Positions 48,465-57,564 of a stretch of DNA of 64,000 nt are shown one piece after another. This DNA is from Candidatus Sumerlaeaceae bacterium (GTDB lineage Bacteria > Sumerlaeota > Sumerlaeia > Sumerlaeales > Sumerlaeaceae), in contig JBPCLP010000025.1 of NCBI GenBank assembly GCA_051003195.1, positions 1-64,000 of the forward strand, in the 5' to 3' direction. Every line of letters begins with the position of its first letter. Within the stretch, counting starts at the first letter, position 1. A model generated the notes under the pieces. The model was not told the origin of the DNA and did no database searches. It saw only the letters and a program-made list of their open reading frames with translations. The translations under genes and the position numbers were made by a program.

Positions 48465-48602
48465 AAGGTACCGCACGCGGTGATGTCGGGACGTTGCGCG
48501 CTGGAACAGACCTTTATCATTTCTAAAGAGGCCCTCGTGCTGCCGGAACTGGCGCCCATACGAATTCTCGAAAAGATGTCGGGAGCGCAACTGGCGTATT
48601 AA
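48465..48602 (+). repeat. Duplicate of Kdo hydroxylase 3' end with an alternative C-terminus
   Basis: 48465-48578 matches 47588-47701 at 113/114 (GAA/GAG synonymous), then SGAQLAY* instead of TGQALSRR*. Confidence 0.97.
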
Positions 48603-48614
48603 AGTTTAAGCCGT

Positions 48615-49379
48615 CTACTTCAGGCCGATGCCCGGCCCCCACCAGTAGATGTCACCTCCACTTAACGTTCCGTTTGTTGGATCGTAAGGACGCGGATCGC
48701 CCTCATAGCTTACCGTCTGGTTGATCTGCAGATCGTCAAAGTTATCGTAGTCGGTGTCCGGCGCGTGACTGATGAGAGACCACACGACCGCGTCATTCAT
48801 GTAGTCGCCGATCTCAAGAAACACATGCCGGGGTGGCGATGCAGAAAACTTGAGCTGCAGGCCTTTGTGGACAAGCGTGTATAGAAACCGGACCGGATAG
48901 CGGTCAGCGCTCGGCTGTGGCGCATTTGGGTTTGCGCTGAAGTCCTCATCATTTCCATAATGAAATGGGTGCGGCTGTCCTTCGTAGGGCTCAGCCGGCC
49001 TCTTGTTCGGGAACTGGTCGTCAGGAATACTGGTGAGGTAAGCGACTGGGCTCGTAATCCGGGTGGGAACGCAGAAGTTGTAGCAGCGCTCGTTCAGACT
49101 ACCCGGGGACGTGCGCGGATAGGATGGAAAGCCTTTGTCATGTGAATTGAGGTAGAACGGGTACTTGTTTTCATCGACACGATAGGACTCGATCGCGGTC
49201 GCGATGGTGCGCATGTCCGACTTTACGCGGCTGACTTTGGAACGTGTCTGCGCTTCAAGGAAGTTTACGACAGCGATGCTGGCCAGAATGGCGATAATGG
49301 CAACGACGATAAGAAGTTCAATCAGCGTAAAAGCGCTGCGATGCGGCTTTCGACCCCGAAACGGCCCAGTGCTCATCAC
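48615..49379 (-). CDS. Prepilin-type N-methylation (GspG/pilin-like) protein
   Basis: AFTLIELLIVVAIIAILASIAVVNFLEAQTRSKVSR; TSPVAY; YDPTNGTLSGGDI; overlaps rbfA stop. Confidence 0.9.
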   Translation of the reverse strand: MMSTGPFRGRKPHRSAFTLIELLIVVAIIAILASIAVVNFLEAQTRSKVSRVKSDMRTIATAIESYRVDENKYPFYLNSHDKGFPSYPRTSPGSLNERCYNFCVPTRITSPVAYLTSIPDDQFPNKRPAEPYEGQPHPFHYGNDEDFSANPNAPQPSADRYPVRFLYTLVHKGLQLKFSASPPRHVFLEIGDYMNDAVVWSLISHAPDTDYDNFDDLQINQTVSYEGDPRPYDPTNGTLSGGDIYWWGPGIGLK

Positions 49380-49798
49380 TCCTCCGGTTTGGCAACACCT
49401 TCGGCTGCCGGGGCCTCGGCGTTCTCGCCTTCCACGCGTACAGGCTGCTCGCGCTCGATCTTTTTCAACAAGGTATTAATGCGCGCAGCCGTGCGGCCGG
49501 TGTCATCCAGCTTGAATGTGAGGTTCGGCGTGTATCGAAGATGCACGCGTTCGGCAACGCCTCGCTTTAAAAAGCCACCTGCCTGGTTCAGCGCAGCAAT
49601 TGCTTCAGCGCTGGTTTTGTCGTCCGCCAGGACACTCACAAATATCTGTGCATTATGCAGGTCTTTCGAGGTGTGGACCGTATTAACCGTGACCATAACC
49701 TCGGTCAGTCGCGGGTCTTTAAGTTCCGTGAGAATCAGGTCCGCCAGTGCGGAACGAATTTCTTCGCTGATGCGCCGGGTGCGAGAGTGCAATGTCAT
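49376..49798 (-). CDS. rbfA: Ribosome-binding factor A
   Basis: R..RISEEI, LKDPRL, SKDL..A.IFVS, L..A.GFL, LRYTP.L.F..D; ATG at 49798. Confidence 0.93.
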   Translation of the reverse strand: MTLHSRTRRISEEIRSALADLILTELKDPRLTEVMVTVNTVHTSKDLHNAQIFVSVLADDKTSAEAIAALNQAGGFLKRGVAERVHLRYTPNLTFKLDDTGRTAARINTLLKKIEREQPVRVEGENAEAPAAEGVAKPEE

Positions 49799-50030
49799 GG
49801 TGAAGCCTACACTCCCTGGTGCGTATTCGTCATACGATGATGTTCGAAAAAATGTTCCGGAGCGACACCAGGTGTGAAACCTTCGAGCGCCTGCGCACTG
49901 CGTAAACTCACCCCATTGGTTTGCGGCCGGGAACAGGAAAGCAAATACGACTGATATATCGGTGCAGAAACGTTGCAAACACCTGTAGCGCTTAGCTTAA
50001 CAGATTCGCCCTTTGGAGGGGCTGCACAGA

Positions 50031-51230
50031 TTGAAGCCTGAGAAGCAGGGAGTCTCGACCCGCGCGGTCCACGCCGGCGAACCCGACCCACAGTACATGA
50101 ACTCCATCACCACGCCGATTGTCATGACGTCATCCTACACGTTCGAGAACATGCAGGACGTGCTCGATTACGTCACCAAAAAGGTCGACCGCTTCGAATA
50201 TGGCCGATATGGAAACCCGACCACGGCCGCCGTGATTAAGAAGCTGCGCGATCTGGAGGCCGCCGAGGACGCGGAAGTGTTCGACAGCGGGATGACCAGC
50301 GTGAGCTGCACACTGCTGGGCCTGCTGAAGAATGGCGATCACATGGTGATCACCGATGACGCTTATAAAAAGACGCTGATGTTTTGCGAAAAGGTGCTGC
50401 CTCGGTTTGGCATCCGGGCGACAATCGTCAAGATGGGCGATTATGACCAGATGCAGGACGCACTGAAGAAGAACCCGGACACCCGGATGGTCGTAAGCGA
50501 GAGCCCTACCAACCCATACCTTAACATCGCCGACATGGATGTGCTGTGCGAGCTGAAGGAGAAGTACGGGTTTATTCTTGCCATGGATTCGACCTTCGCA
50601 TCGCCCGTGAACCAGCGCCCCCTGGAGCAGGGCGCGGACGTGGTGATGCACTCAGCCACCAAATACCTCGGCGGACACAATGACCTGCTTGGCGGCGTCG
50701 TACTGGGCACGAAAAAGCATATCGAACAGGTGCGGGATTACCGCAACACCACGGGCGGTGTGATGGACCCAATGACGAGCTATCTGCTGCTGCGGGGTCT
50801 GAAGACGCTGGCATTGCGCATGGAACGGCTGAACGCGAATGCGACTCGCATGGCCACCTGGCTGGAGACGCATGAGAAGGTTCGCCGCGTCTACTACCCG
50901 GGATTGCCTTCGCACCGCGATTATCTAAAGGCGCAGAAGTACATGAGCGGCTTTGGGGGCGTGGTCACTTTCGAGTTGGCCACGCATAGCTTCGAGGAGA
51001 TCAGTGCGTTCCTGTCGAGTATGAAACTGTTCAAGATCGGGCCCTCGTTCGGAGGCGTGGAAGCCCTTATCACGCATCCGTATACGATCTCGTACTACGA
51101 CTATCCCGCAGAAGAACGGAAGCGTCTCGGCATCCTGGATGAGCTGATCCGCATGTCCATGGGCATTGAGGATTTCGAGGATCTGCAGGCGGACGTGGAA
51201 CAGGCGCTTGTTCACATCAAGCCAAGCTAG
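50031..51230 (+). CDS. metB: Cys/Met PLP-dependent enzyme, cystathionine gamma-synthase-like
   Basis: EYGRYGNPT, ESPTNP, DSTFASP, HSATKYLGGHND, SFGGVE; TTG start after GGAGG inferred. Confidence 0.8.
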   Translation: MKPEKQGVSTRAVHAGEPDPQYMNSITTPIVMTSSYTFENMQDVLDYVTKKVDRFEYGRYGNPTTAAVIKKLRDLEAAEDAEVFDSGMTSVSCTLLGLLKNGDHMVITDDAYKKTLMFCEKVLPRFGIRATIVKMGDYDQMQDALKKNPDTRMVVSESPTNPYLNIADMDVLCELKEKYGFILAMDSTFASPVNQRPLEQGADVVMHSATKYLGGHNDLLGGVVLGTKKHIEQVRDYRNTTGGVMDPMTSYLLLRGLKTLALRMERLNANATRMATWLETHEKVRRVYYPGLPSHRDYLKAQKYMSGFGGVVTFELATHSFEEISAFLSSMKLFKIGPSFGGVEALITHPYTISYYDYPAEERKRLGILDELIRMSMGIEDFEDLQADVEQALVHIKPS

Positions 51231-51324
51231 CCGCAGCCGGTTTGCCGGCATAAACAGCTAAGAATAGAAAGCAGGTAAAGGAGGCAACGCGGAGAACTGT
51301 TTTCTCTGCTTAGCTCTGTTTTGA

Positions 51325-51864
51325 ATGGAACCCGCCATGCATCTTGAACTGGTTGATCCTACCGAAGAGTACGAAGCGGAGTATGATGCGATGATCGCCG
51401 AAATACTCGCTGACGGGAACACTTGCGGATACAGCGGATACATGTTGCACGACCGTGGCGATTCTAATTTTGCCCAATATGTCGGTAAACTGCGGGATGA
51501 GGCTGCAGGACTGAACCTGCCCGAGGGCCGGATACCACAAACAACATTCTGGCTGCTGGAGAACGGCAAGCGACTCGCCGGGGAAATCCGGCTGCGGCAC
51601 ACACTCACGCCGTCTCTACTGCAGAGGGGTGGAAATATCGGTTATATCGTACGTCCGAGTTTCCGGAACCGCGGCTGCGCAACTTTCATGGTGCAGCAGG
51701 TACTGGATCGGGCGCGGAAACGGGGAATTGACCAGGTTTTAATCACTTGTGACGCCGAAAACGCGGCATCGATAAGCGTCATTCAAAAATGCGGCGGACA
51801 GCTGGACGAGCAGAAGGTCACGCCCGACCAGGACTGGCTCCGTTTCTGGATTCGCCTGGTGTAA
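51325..51864 (+). CDS. GNAT acetyltransferase
   Basis: G.IRLRH.L, GGNIGY.VRPS.R..G.A, LITCD.EN.AS..VI.KCGG. Confidence 0.9.
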   Translation: MEPAMHLELVDPTEEYEAEYDAMIAEILADGNTCGYSGYMLHDRGDSNFAQYVGKLRDEAAGLNLPEGRIPQTTFWLLENGKRLAGEIRLRHTLTPSLLQRGGNIGYIVRPSFRNRGCATFMVQQVLDRARKRGIDQVLITCDAENAASISVIQKCGGQLDEQKVTPDQDWLRFWIRLV

Positions 51865-51896
51865 TAACAGCCCCAGCATCCCCGGTTAGTCGCGAT

Positions 51897-52519
51897 TCAT
51901 TGCCTCAGCTTCAGCGCGATCGCCTGGAACTGCTCCAGCGCCGCAGCCAGGTCGTCGGCAATCTCCTGCGCCAGCATATCCGGCGGCGGCAGGTCGTCAG
52001 TGTCCTCGAGCGCTTTGTCCCTGAGCCAGAACAAGTCCAGGTTCGCCTTGTCGCGCTTCATCAGCTCATCATACTCATAGCAGCGCCAGCGCCCGTCGCT
52101 TTATGCTCGTGTCGATTCCTGGGACCGCCGGCATCCTTGCCGGCTTTCCTGGGAGCGTCGGCATCCTTGCCGGCTTTCCTGGGAGCGGCGGCATCCTTGC
52201 CGGCTTTCCTGGGAGCGTCGGCATCCTTGCCGGCTTTCTTTCCTTTCCCCGTCTCCTCTACTTTGCCTTCCTCATTCTCCCCAAACCAGCAGCTCACAAA
52301 CTCATCCAGGTGATGCCTGCGCAGCGGATTCGTCTTCAGCGTGAAATGCATGTTCGTGCGCAGGTCGTAAACCCACAGCCTTGTCGTCCACGGCTCCTCG
52401 CGCGCAGGTTTCGCATCAAAGGACAACACGTTCGCCTTCACGCCCTGCGCGTAAAACAAAGCAGTCGGCAGACGCAGCAACGTGTGCACATCAAACTGCT
52501 GCAGCAGGTTGCGCCGAAC
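51897..52519 (-). pseudogene. hsdM: 3' fragment of type I restriction-modification methyltransferase, frameshifted and carrying a REP insertion
   Basis: VRRNLL..DVHTLLRLPT..FYAQGVKANVL.FD, WVYDLRTNMHFTLK, then after a frameshift GRWRCY.YDELMKRDKANLDLFWLRD..L....LPPP..LAQEI; no 5' part. Confidence 0.88.
52116..52238. repeat. Four tandem 30-bp REP-like units TTCCTGGGA(G/C)CGNCGGCATCCTTGCCGGCT
   Basis: Counted directly; encodes KAGKDA(D/A)APR-like repeats inside the hsdM remnant. Confidence 0.92.
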
Positions 52520-52626
52520 GAAAGGCCCTGGTGGTGCTGTTACTCAGAACTTGTCAAGATCGAGAGGCTGAGATTCACCACGCTCGTGCTCTTTGCGAGT
52601 GAACCACGAATGCACTGGCGGAGGAC

Positions 52627-52694
52627 TCAATGGATAACCTGTCAGTCAAATCTTCCGTGACGTTAGCAACTTAATTAGTGAAAACGTCAACCGT
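52627..52694. repeat. RAYT-end motif (52627-52643) next to the second copy of the 37-bp site (52658-52694)
   Basis: TCAATGGATAACCTGTC is the exact reverse complement of 2906-2922; 37-mer matches 534-570. Confidence 0.85.
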
Positions 52695-52695
52695 T

Positions 52696-52824
52696 GGCTG
52701 TTGAAAACAACCGACACCGGAGGTGTCGAACATGACTAGCCGCAGGTGCAACCTGCGGGTCTTGAGCGTAATATCCCCACGACCCTGAAGGGGTCTAACA
52801 AAGATAGAAGGTTTTTCAACAGCC
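52696..52824. mobile_element. MITE with 12-bp terminal IRs GGCTGTTGAAAA / TTTTCAACAGCC and internal REP hairpins
   Basis: Perfect TIRs; CGACACC..GGTGTCG, CCGCAGG..CCTGCGG and GACCC..GGGTC hairpins. Confidence 0.75.
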
Positions 52825-52862
52825 CGAATTGATCGATTGTTTTCTCGATACTGCATCTGGCA

Positions 52863-54521
52863 TCAGCGGTACGTTTCCGCGTGTGCCTGTTTGTACAACT
52901 CGACAAATATATCTGGCCGCACTACCTCGTAATCCTTTGGCAGGCGTCGAGTATATTCTGTCAGACGCGTCGGTCCGGTCTGAAACCCATTAAAGCCGAG
53001 TACGGCAAATGCGGGCCGGGCTGGCGGAATGCGCGTAATAACTTTTTGCACCCATGTGGTTATCTCCTGGGCAGATTGAAGACCGACGGCCGCGGAGCCA
53101 AAGTTATGGAAGGCGGGTCTCCTCCTGCCATCCGGTGTATCGAACCAGGAAAAGGAATTATCGTATGCATCGGTGCGCGGCTCAGCTTCCAGAAACATCG
53201 ACGCGAGGTGCGGAAGCCGATTGAAGTAGCGCTCAATGGCGGGTGTGTTCATCCACCAGTTCCAAACTTCGCGCGAATCGCACGCGTCCATGTAGATGCC
53301 GGTGGCGTCCAAATAGGCATCAAAAAGCCTGGCCGGGTGGGGAGTCGACGAGCCGTAATCAGCCATGACGTACCCAAGCCCGGAGCATGCGGTCACGAAG
53401 AAATCCTGCGGCGTGGCGGTCTTATAAAAGTGCTCCAGTACTTTGGGACAGAGATCAATCATCGCAGGACTGAAGTTCCACCCGATGGGGATTTGCCCGC
53501 GTCCAGGCTGGTTCCACAACAGTGGTCGGATCTGCGCGAAGCCGGATATGTTGTCCCCATCGGAAAGCAGGTACGTCACGTAGACTTTAGCTGGATCCAG
53601 CTTGAGCATCGGTGTGGGACTCTGCTTCAAAACCGGTGCAGGAAACCCCGAATGAAAGCTGAGATTTCCCGGCGAGACAACCGGCACAAGAAAGTGCGCA
53701 TGATCTGAAAAGAACTTCACCACAGCGAGTTCATCCAGTCCCTCCAGCCCTGAACCCGGCGGTGACGCTGGCCACCACGATTGCCATACACCGAGGATGC
53801 CGGTATTCGCACTGGTTCGGCTTATGACCCGAGCATAGCTTTCTTTGCCAGCATCTAATGCGAATGTGGATTTATCCATCCAGAAGCAGATTGCCGAGTG
53901 AGCAACCGCGTAGTCAGTTGCGTAGTCCGACCATGGATGGCGGTGAATGAGAACGTGGGTGCTGAATTTGTCCTGAGCGGTACCAAACCAGTCGAGTGTC
54001 TGCAGTCGGTTGATCCATTTGCCGCGGGCGTCTTCCCGCACAGCCAGTTTCAGAACCTCGTTCCGATCCGATGTGACCGGCAGCAGGCGTTTTATACCAC
54101 AAAGGGTGGTGAACACATTGAGAGCATGAGCACGCTCGGGATCAGACCAACAGGCCTCGTCGTACAAAAGTGCACCCTCATAGGACGATGCAAACCGGGT
54201 AAGCGCGGTTGATGAAGTGATGGTTTCAAATTTCAGGCCCTCGCTGGCGAGGATTTCGTGCCACCAGTCTTTCAGCTGTGCGGCGAGAGCGGGATTTTCG
54301 TTTCCTTCATAGCTGGCATCGCGAATGTAAATGCGTGGCTGTGTGCGGTTGACCAGACCCTGTAACACGTGCAGCGTGAAGCGCGACTGCGTGGTTTCTC
54401 CGTCGGCGTTTATGTAGCAGATAAGACTCGCGGGATGCGGTGATTTAGGAAAAACCGTTGCGCGATCCGGTTTGTTCAGAATTCCAGATAATGCAGCGAG
54501 TACTATTGCGAGAAGCCTCAT
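52863..54521 (-). CDS. GxGYxYP-family putative glycoside hydrolase
   Basis: LQGLVNR.QPRIY, NLSFHSG, SDGDN, RG.IPIGW, CSGLGY. Confidence 0.8.
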   Translation of the reverse strand: MRLLAIVLAALSGILNKPDRATVFPKSPHPASLICYINADGETTQSRFTLHVLQGLVNRTQPRIYIRDASYEGNENPALAAQLKDWWHEILASEGLKFETITSSTALTRFASSYEGALLYDEACWSDPERAHALNVFTTLCGIKRLLPVTSDRNEVLKLAVREDARGKWINRLQTLDWFGTAQDKFSTHVLIHRHPWSDYATDYAVAHSAICFWMDKSTFALDAGKESYARVISRTSANTGILGVWQSWWPASPPGSGLEGLDELAVVKFFSDHAHFLVPVVSPGNLSFHSGFPAPVLKQSPTPMLKLDPAKVYVTYLLSDGDNISGFAQIRPLLWNQPGRGQIPIGWNFSPAMIDLCPKVLEHFYKTATPQDFFVTACSGLGYVMADYGSSTPHPARLFDAYLDATGIYMDACDSREVWNWWMNTPAIERYFNRLPHLASMFLEAEPRTDAYDNSFSWFDTPDGRRRPAFHNFGSAAVGLQSAQEITTWVQKVITRIPPARPAFAVLGFNGFQTGPTRLTEYTRRLPKDYEVVRPDIFVELYKQAHAETYR

Positions 54522-54693
54522 TATCTGTAAAATGTAGCTAATAACGTCCGGTGCAAATCGTTTTTGCTGGGGAGTTAGGGGAGTTACGGGGACGTGGACG
54601 ACCGTTCCCTCTGCGACGCTTGAGGATCAATTTGCGGGACGTCGATTAGACAACTACTTCTGTATATCAGCGGAGCTCCTGATGTTTTTCAAA

Positions 54694-57381
54694 CTAACAT
54701 TCGTTCCAGTTAACCCCCGCGCCGGTTTCAACGACGACGGGCACATCCAGCGGCAGCGCATTCTGCATTTCCGTCTGGACCAGTTCGGCCAGGCGATCCA
54801 GCTCGGTCTTTGGTACGTCAAAGACCAGCTCATCGTGCACCTGCATGATCATACAGGTACGAAATCCTTCCTGTTTCAGCCGGCGATGAATGTTGATCAT
54901 GGCGATCTTGATCATATCTGCACTCGTGCCCTGGATGGGAGCATTTGTAGCCATGCGCTCCGCGGCGTTGCGCGCATTAAAGTTTCGTGAATTGATGTCG
55001 GGCAGATAGCGGCGGCGACCGCTGACCGTTTCCACGTAGCCGCGAACCTTGGCTTGTGCCAGGGTGCTGTCGAGCCACGTCCGCACGCCCGCATAGCCTC
55101 GGAAGTATTCCTCAATGAAAGTCTTGGCGGTCGCGAAAGGGATCTTCAGCCGCTGCGACAGTCCCTGGGAACTCATGCCGTAGATCACACCGAAGTTCAC
55201 CATCTTGGCGACGCCGCGCATCTCGCTTGTGACGTCCTCGTGTGCGATGCCGTAAACCTTCGATGCGGTGAGTGTGTGAATGTCGAGGTTCTCCTGGTAT
55301 GCCTGCACGAGCGCGGGATCTTTGGTTACATGCGCGAGCACGCGCAGCTCGATCTGGGAATAGTCCGCACTCAGCAGTACGTTTTTTTCGCGATCGCATG
55401 GAACAAACCCCTGCCGAATTTTGCGGCCGAACTCCGTGCGAATTGGTATGTTCTGCAAGTTGGGATCACTGGAGGAAAGACGCCCTGTCGCAGCAACGGC
55501 CTGGTTGTAAGTGGTATGGATGCGACCCGTCGCCGCACAAATCAGCGTGGGCAGAACATCGACATAGGTGCTTTTCAGCTTTTCGAACTGGCGATAGTCG
55601 GCGAGCAGTCGCGGCACCTCGTGAACTTCAGCCAGCTCCTCGAGTACCTGGATGTCCGTCGAGTACCCGGTTTTCTTCGACTTTACCGGCTTGAGCTGCA
55701 AGTCCTCAAAGAGTACCTGCGCGACCTGCTTAGGCGACCCGATATTAAACTCGCGCCCGACGGATTTCCAAATCTGGTCCCGCAGGCGTTCGAGATGCGC
55801 GTCGGTTTCCCTCGCCAGGTCGCGGAAGTGCGGCACGTCGATGCAGACGCCGCAGTCCTCCATGTCCATGAGGACCGGGACAAGAGGCAGCTCAAGTTCC
55901 TCGAGAAGTTTTTTTGCGCCGGCCTCTTCCGTGCGGGGCTCCAGATCATGCGCGAGCTGCAGCGTCATGTCCGCGTCCGCGGCTGCGTACTGCGCGGCTG
56001 CGTGCACATCGACTTCGTCAAAGGTGATCTGGTTTTTGCCGGAGCCGATCAGCTCCTCGATGCGGGTCATTCGCACACCGAGCATGTCTGCGGCGAGGTC
56101 TTTCAATCCGTGGTTGCGGCGGTCTGCATTGATCAGGTAGGATGCGAGTAACGTGTCGAACACGACGCGGTCGATTGGCAGGCCGTGGCGGCGCAGAAGA
56201 CGCCAGTCGTACTTGGCGTTATGCGCGATCTTGTCGATCGCGGGATCGAGTAGAAGCGGGCCGAGTTCCTGCCGAATAAGCTCCAGCGGCAGTTGCTGCA
56301 CTTCCGCTCCCCCGCCCATGGCGCCGACGTGCATCAGCGGAATGTAGACGGCGTTGTTGGGCTCAATACTGAGCGAGATTCCAACCAGCTTGCCGAGAAT
56401 TGTATCGAGCATATTGCTTTCAACGTCCAGCGCCACACGGCCAACCGTGCGTATGTCCTGGCAATACGCCTTCAGCGCTTCCGGAGTATTGATGATGCGA
56501 TAACTGATCTGGCGCTGGGACGTTTCGAGGTGCAGGTCCTCAAACAGTTTGCGAAATTCAAGCTCGCGGTAGATCGGCGCAAGGAGCGCAACATCAGGGG
56601 CTTCCATGCAGCAATCGGCGATATTGAATTCCACGGGCACATCGTAGCGAAGAGCAACCAGCTGGCGTGATAGAATCGCGCTTTCACGTCCGGCCTCCAC
56701 GTACTCACGCTGTTTGCCTTTCAGCTTTTCGGTATTGGCCAGCACCGCTTCCAGTGTCTGGTATTCCTCGAGCAGTGCGCATGCGGTCTTTGGACCGACG
56801 CGTGCAATACCGGGAACATTGTCGGAGCTGTCGCCAATCATCGCGAGGAGGTCGCCGACCTGCTCGGGGTACACACCCATTTTCTGTTTGACGCCTTCGC
56901 GATCAAACTCCGTCTCGGCATCGGGTTCAAGGCGCAGCACACGCACCTGGTCGTTAACGAGCTGGAAGAGGTCCTTATCGGCAGTCACTATCCGCACATC
57001 ATAGCCCTGCCGGGCGGCGGATTGACAAATGGTGGCAATGATATCGTCGGCCTCGAAACCGGGCATCTGCAGAATAGGGATACGCATCCCTTGCAGGATC
57101 TGCATGATGTAGCCCATCTGCTGACCAAAATCCTCGGGCGGCGCGAGCCGGTTTGCTTTATAGGCATTGTACATTTCGTGGCGGAACGTAGGTCCGCCGG
57201 AATCGAAGACGACTGCCATGTGCTGCGGGCGATGTGTCTTGAGCAACTTGTGCAGTATCTGGGTAAACCCAAAGACCGCATTTGTCGGTATGCCGCTGGA
57301 GGTGCTCAGCCGCTGAATTGCATGGTAGGCTTTGAACACCTGGGAATGGCCATCGATGACGTATAAAATCGATTCTGACAT
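54694..57381 (-). CDS. polA: DNA polymerase I
   Basis: 5'-3' exonuclease (IDG, EADD, GDSSDN.PG), 3'-5' exonuclease domain, TGRLSSSDPNLQNIP, ADYSQIELR, QVHDELVF. Confidence 0.98.
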   Translation of the reverse strand: MSESILYVIDGHSQVFKAYHAIQRLSTSSGIPTNAVFGFTQILHKLLKTHRPQHMAVVFDSGGPTFRHEMYNAYKANRLAPPEDFGQQMGYIMQILQGMRIPILQMPGFEADDIIATICQSAARQGYDVRIVTADKDLFQLVNDQVRVLRLEPDAETEFDREGVKQKMGVYPEQVGDLLAMIGDSSDNVPGIARVGPKTACALLEEYQTLEAVLANTEKLKGKQREYVEAGRESAILSRQLVALRYDVPVEFNIADCCMEAPDVALLAPIYRELEFRKLFEDLHLETSQRQISYRIINTPEALKAYCQDIRTVGRVALDVESNMLDTILGKLVGISLSIEPNNAVYIPLMHVGAMGGGAEVQQLPLELIRQELGPLLLDPAIDKIAHNAKYDWRLLRRHGLPIDRVVFDTLLASYLINADRRNHGLKDLAADMLGVRMTRIEELIGSGKNQITFDEVDVHAAAQYAAADADMTLQLAHDLEPRTEEAGAKKLLEELELPLVPVLMDMEDCGVCIDVPHFRDLARETDAHLERLRDQIWKSVGREFNIGSPKQVAQVLFEDLQLKPVKSKKTGYSTDIQVLEELAEVHEVPRLLADYRQFEKLKSTYVDVLPTLICAATGRIHTTYNQAVAATGRLSSSDPNLQNIPIRTEFGRKIRQGFVPCDREKNVLLSADYSQIELRVLAHVTKDPALVQAYQENLDIHTLTASKVYGIAHEDVTSEMRGVAKMVNFGVIYGMSSQGLSQRLKIPFATAKTFIEEYFRGYAGVRTWLDSTLAQAKVRGYVETVSGRRRYLPDINSRNFNARNAAERMATNAPIQGTSADMIKIAMINIHRRLKQEGFRTCMIMQVHDELVFDVPKTELDRLAELVQTEMQNALPLDVPVVVETGAGVNWNEC

Positions 57382-57564
57382 GTCGTCCTTGCTACATTTG
57401 TATTGTGGCGGCACTCATGTTTGCACAGTACGCTGGTTAGAAACTGGTTACCCTTTGTTGCACAGTCGAATAATTGTGCACTTTATTACGGCTGCAACTG
57501 CTCAAAAACCCAGCAATCGTCTTGACACTGGTGACTTGTACGTCCCATCCTTTTCCCGTTAGCA

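Noticed and set aside
47588..48578. Duplicated gene ends (here and at rpsG) as DGR template/variable repeats
   Set aside because: No reverse transcriptase in the window; the few differences are synonymous rather than diversifying; each pair brackets a TA module
49799..50030. Possible SAM or other riboswitch upstream of the metB-like gene, and a 200-aa extended rbfA
   Set aside because: No riboswitch consensus recognised; RbfA similarity starts at ATG 49798
52116..52238. 30-bp repeats as a CRISPR array
   Set aside because: Units are contiguous with no unique spacers, and there are no cas genes in the window
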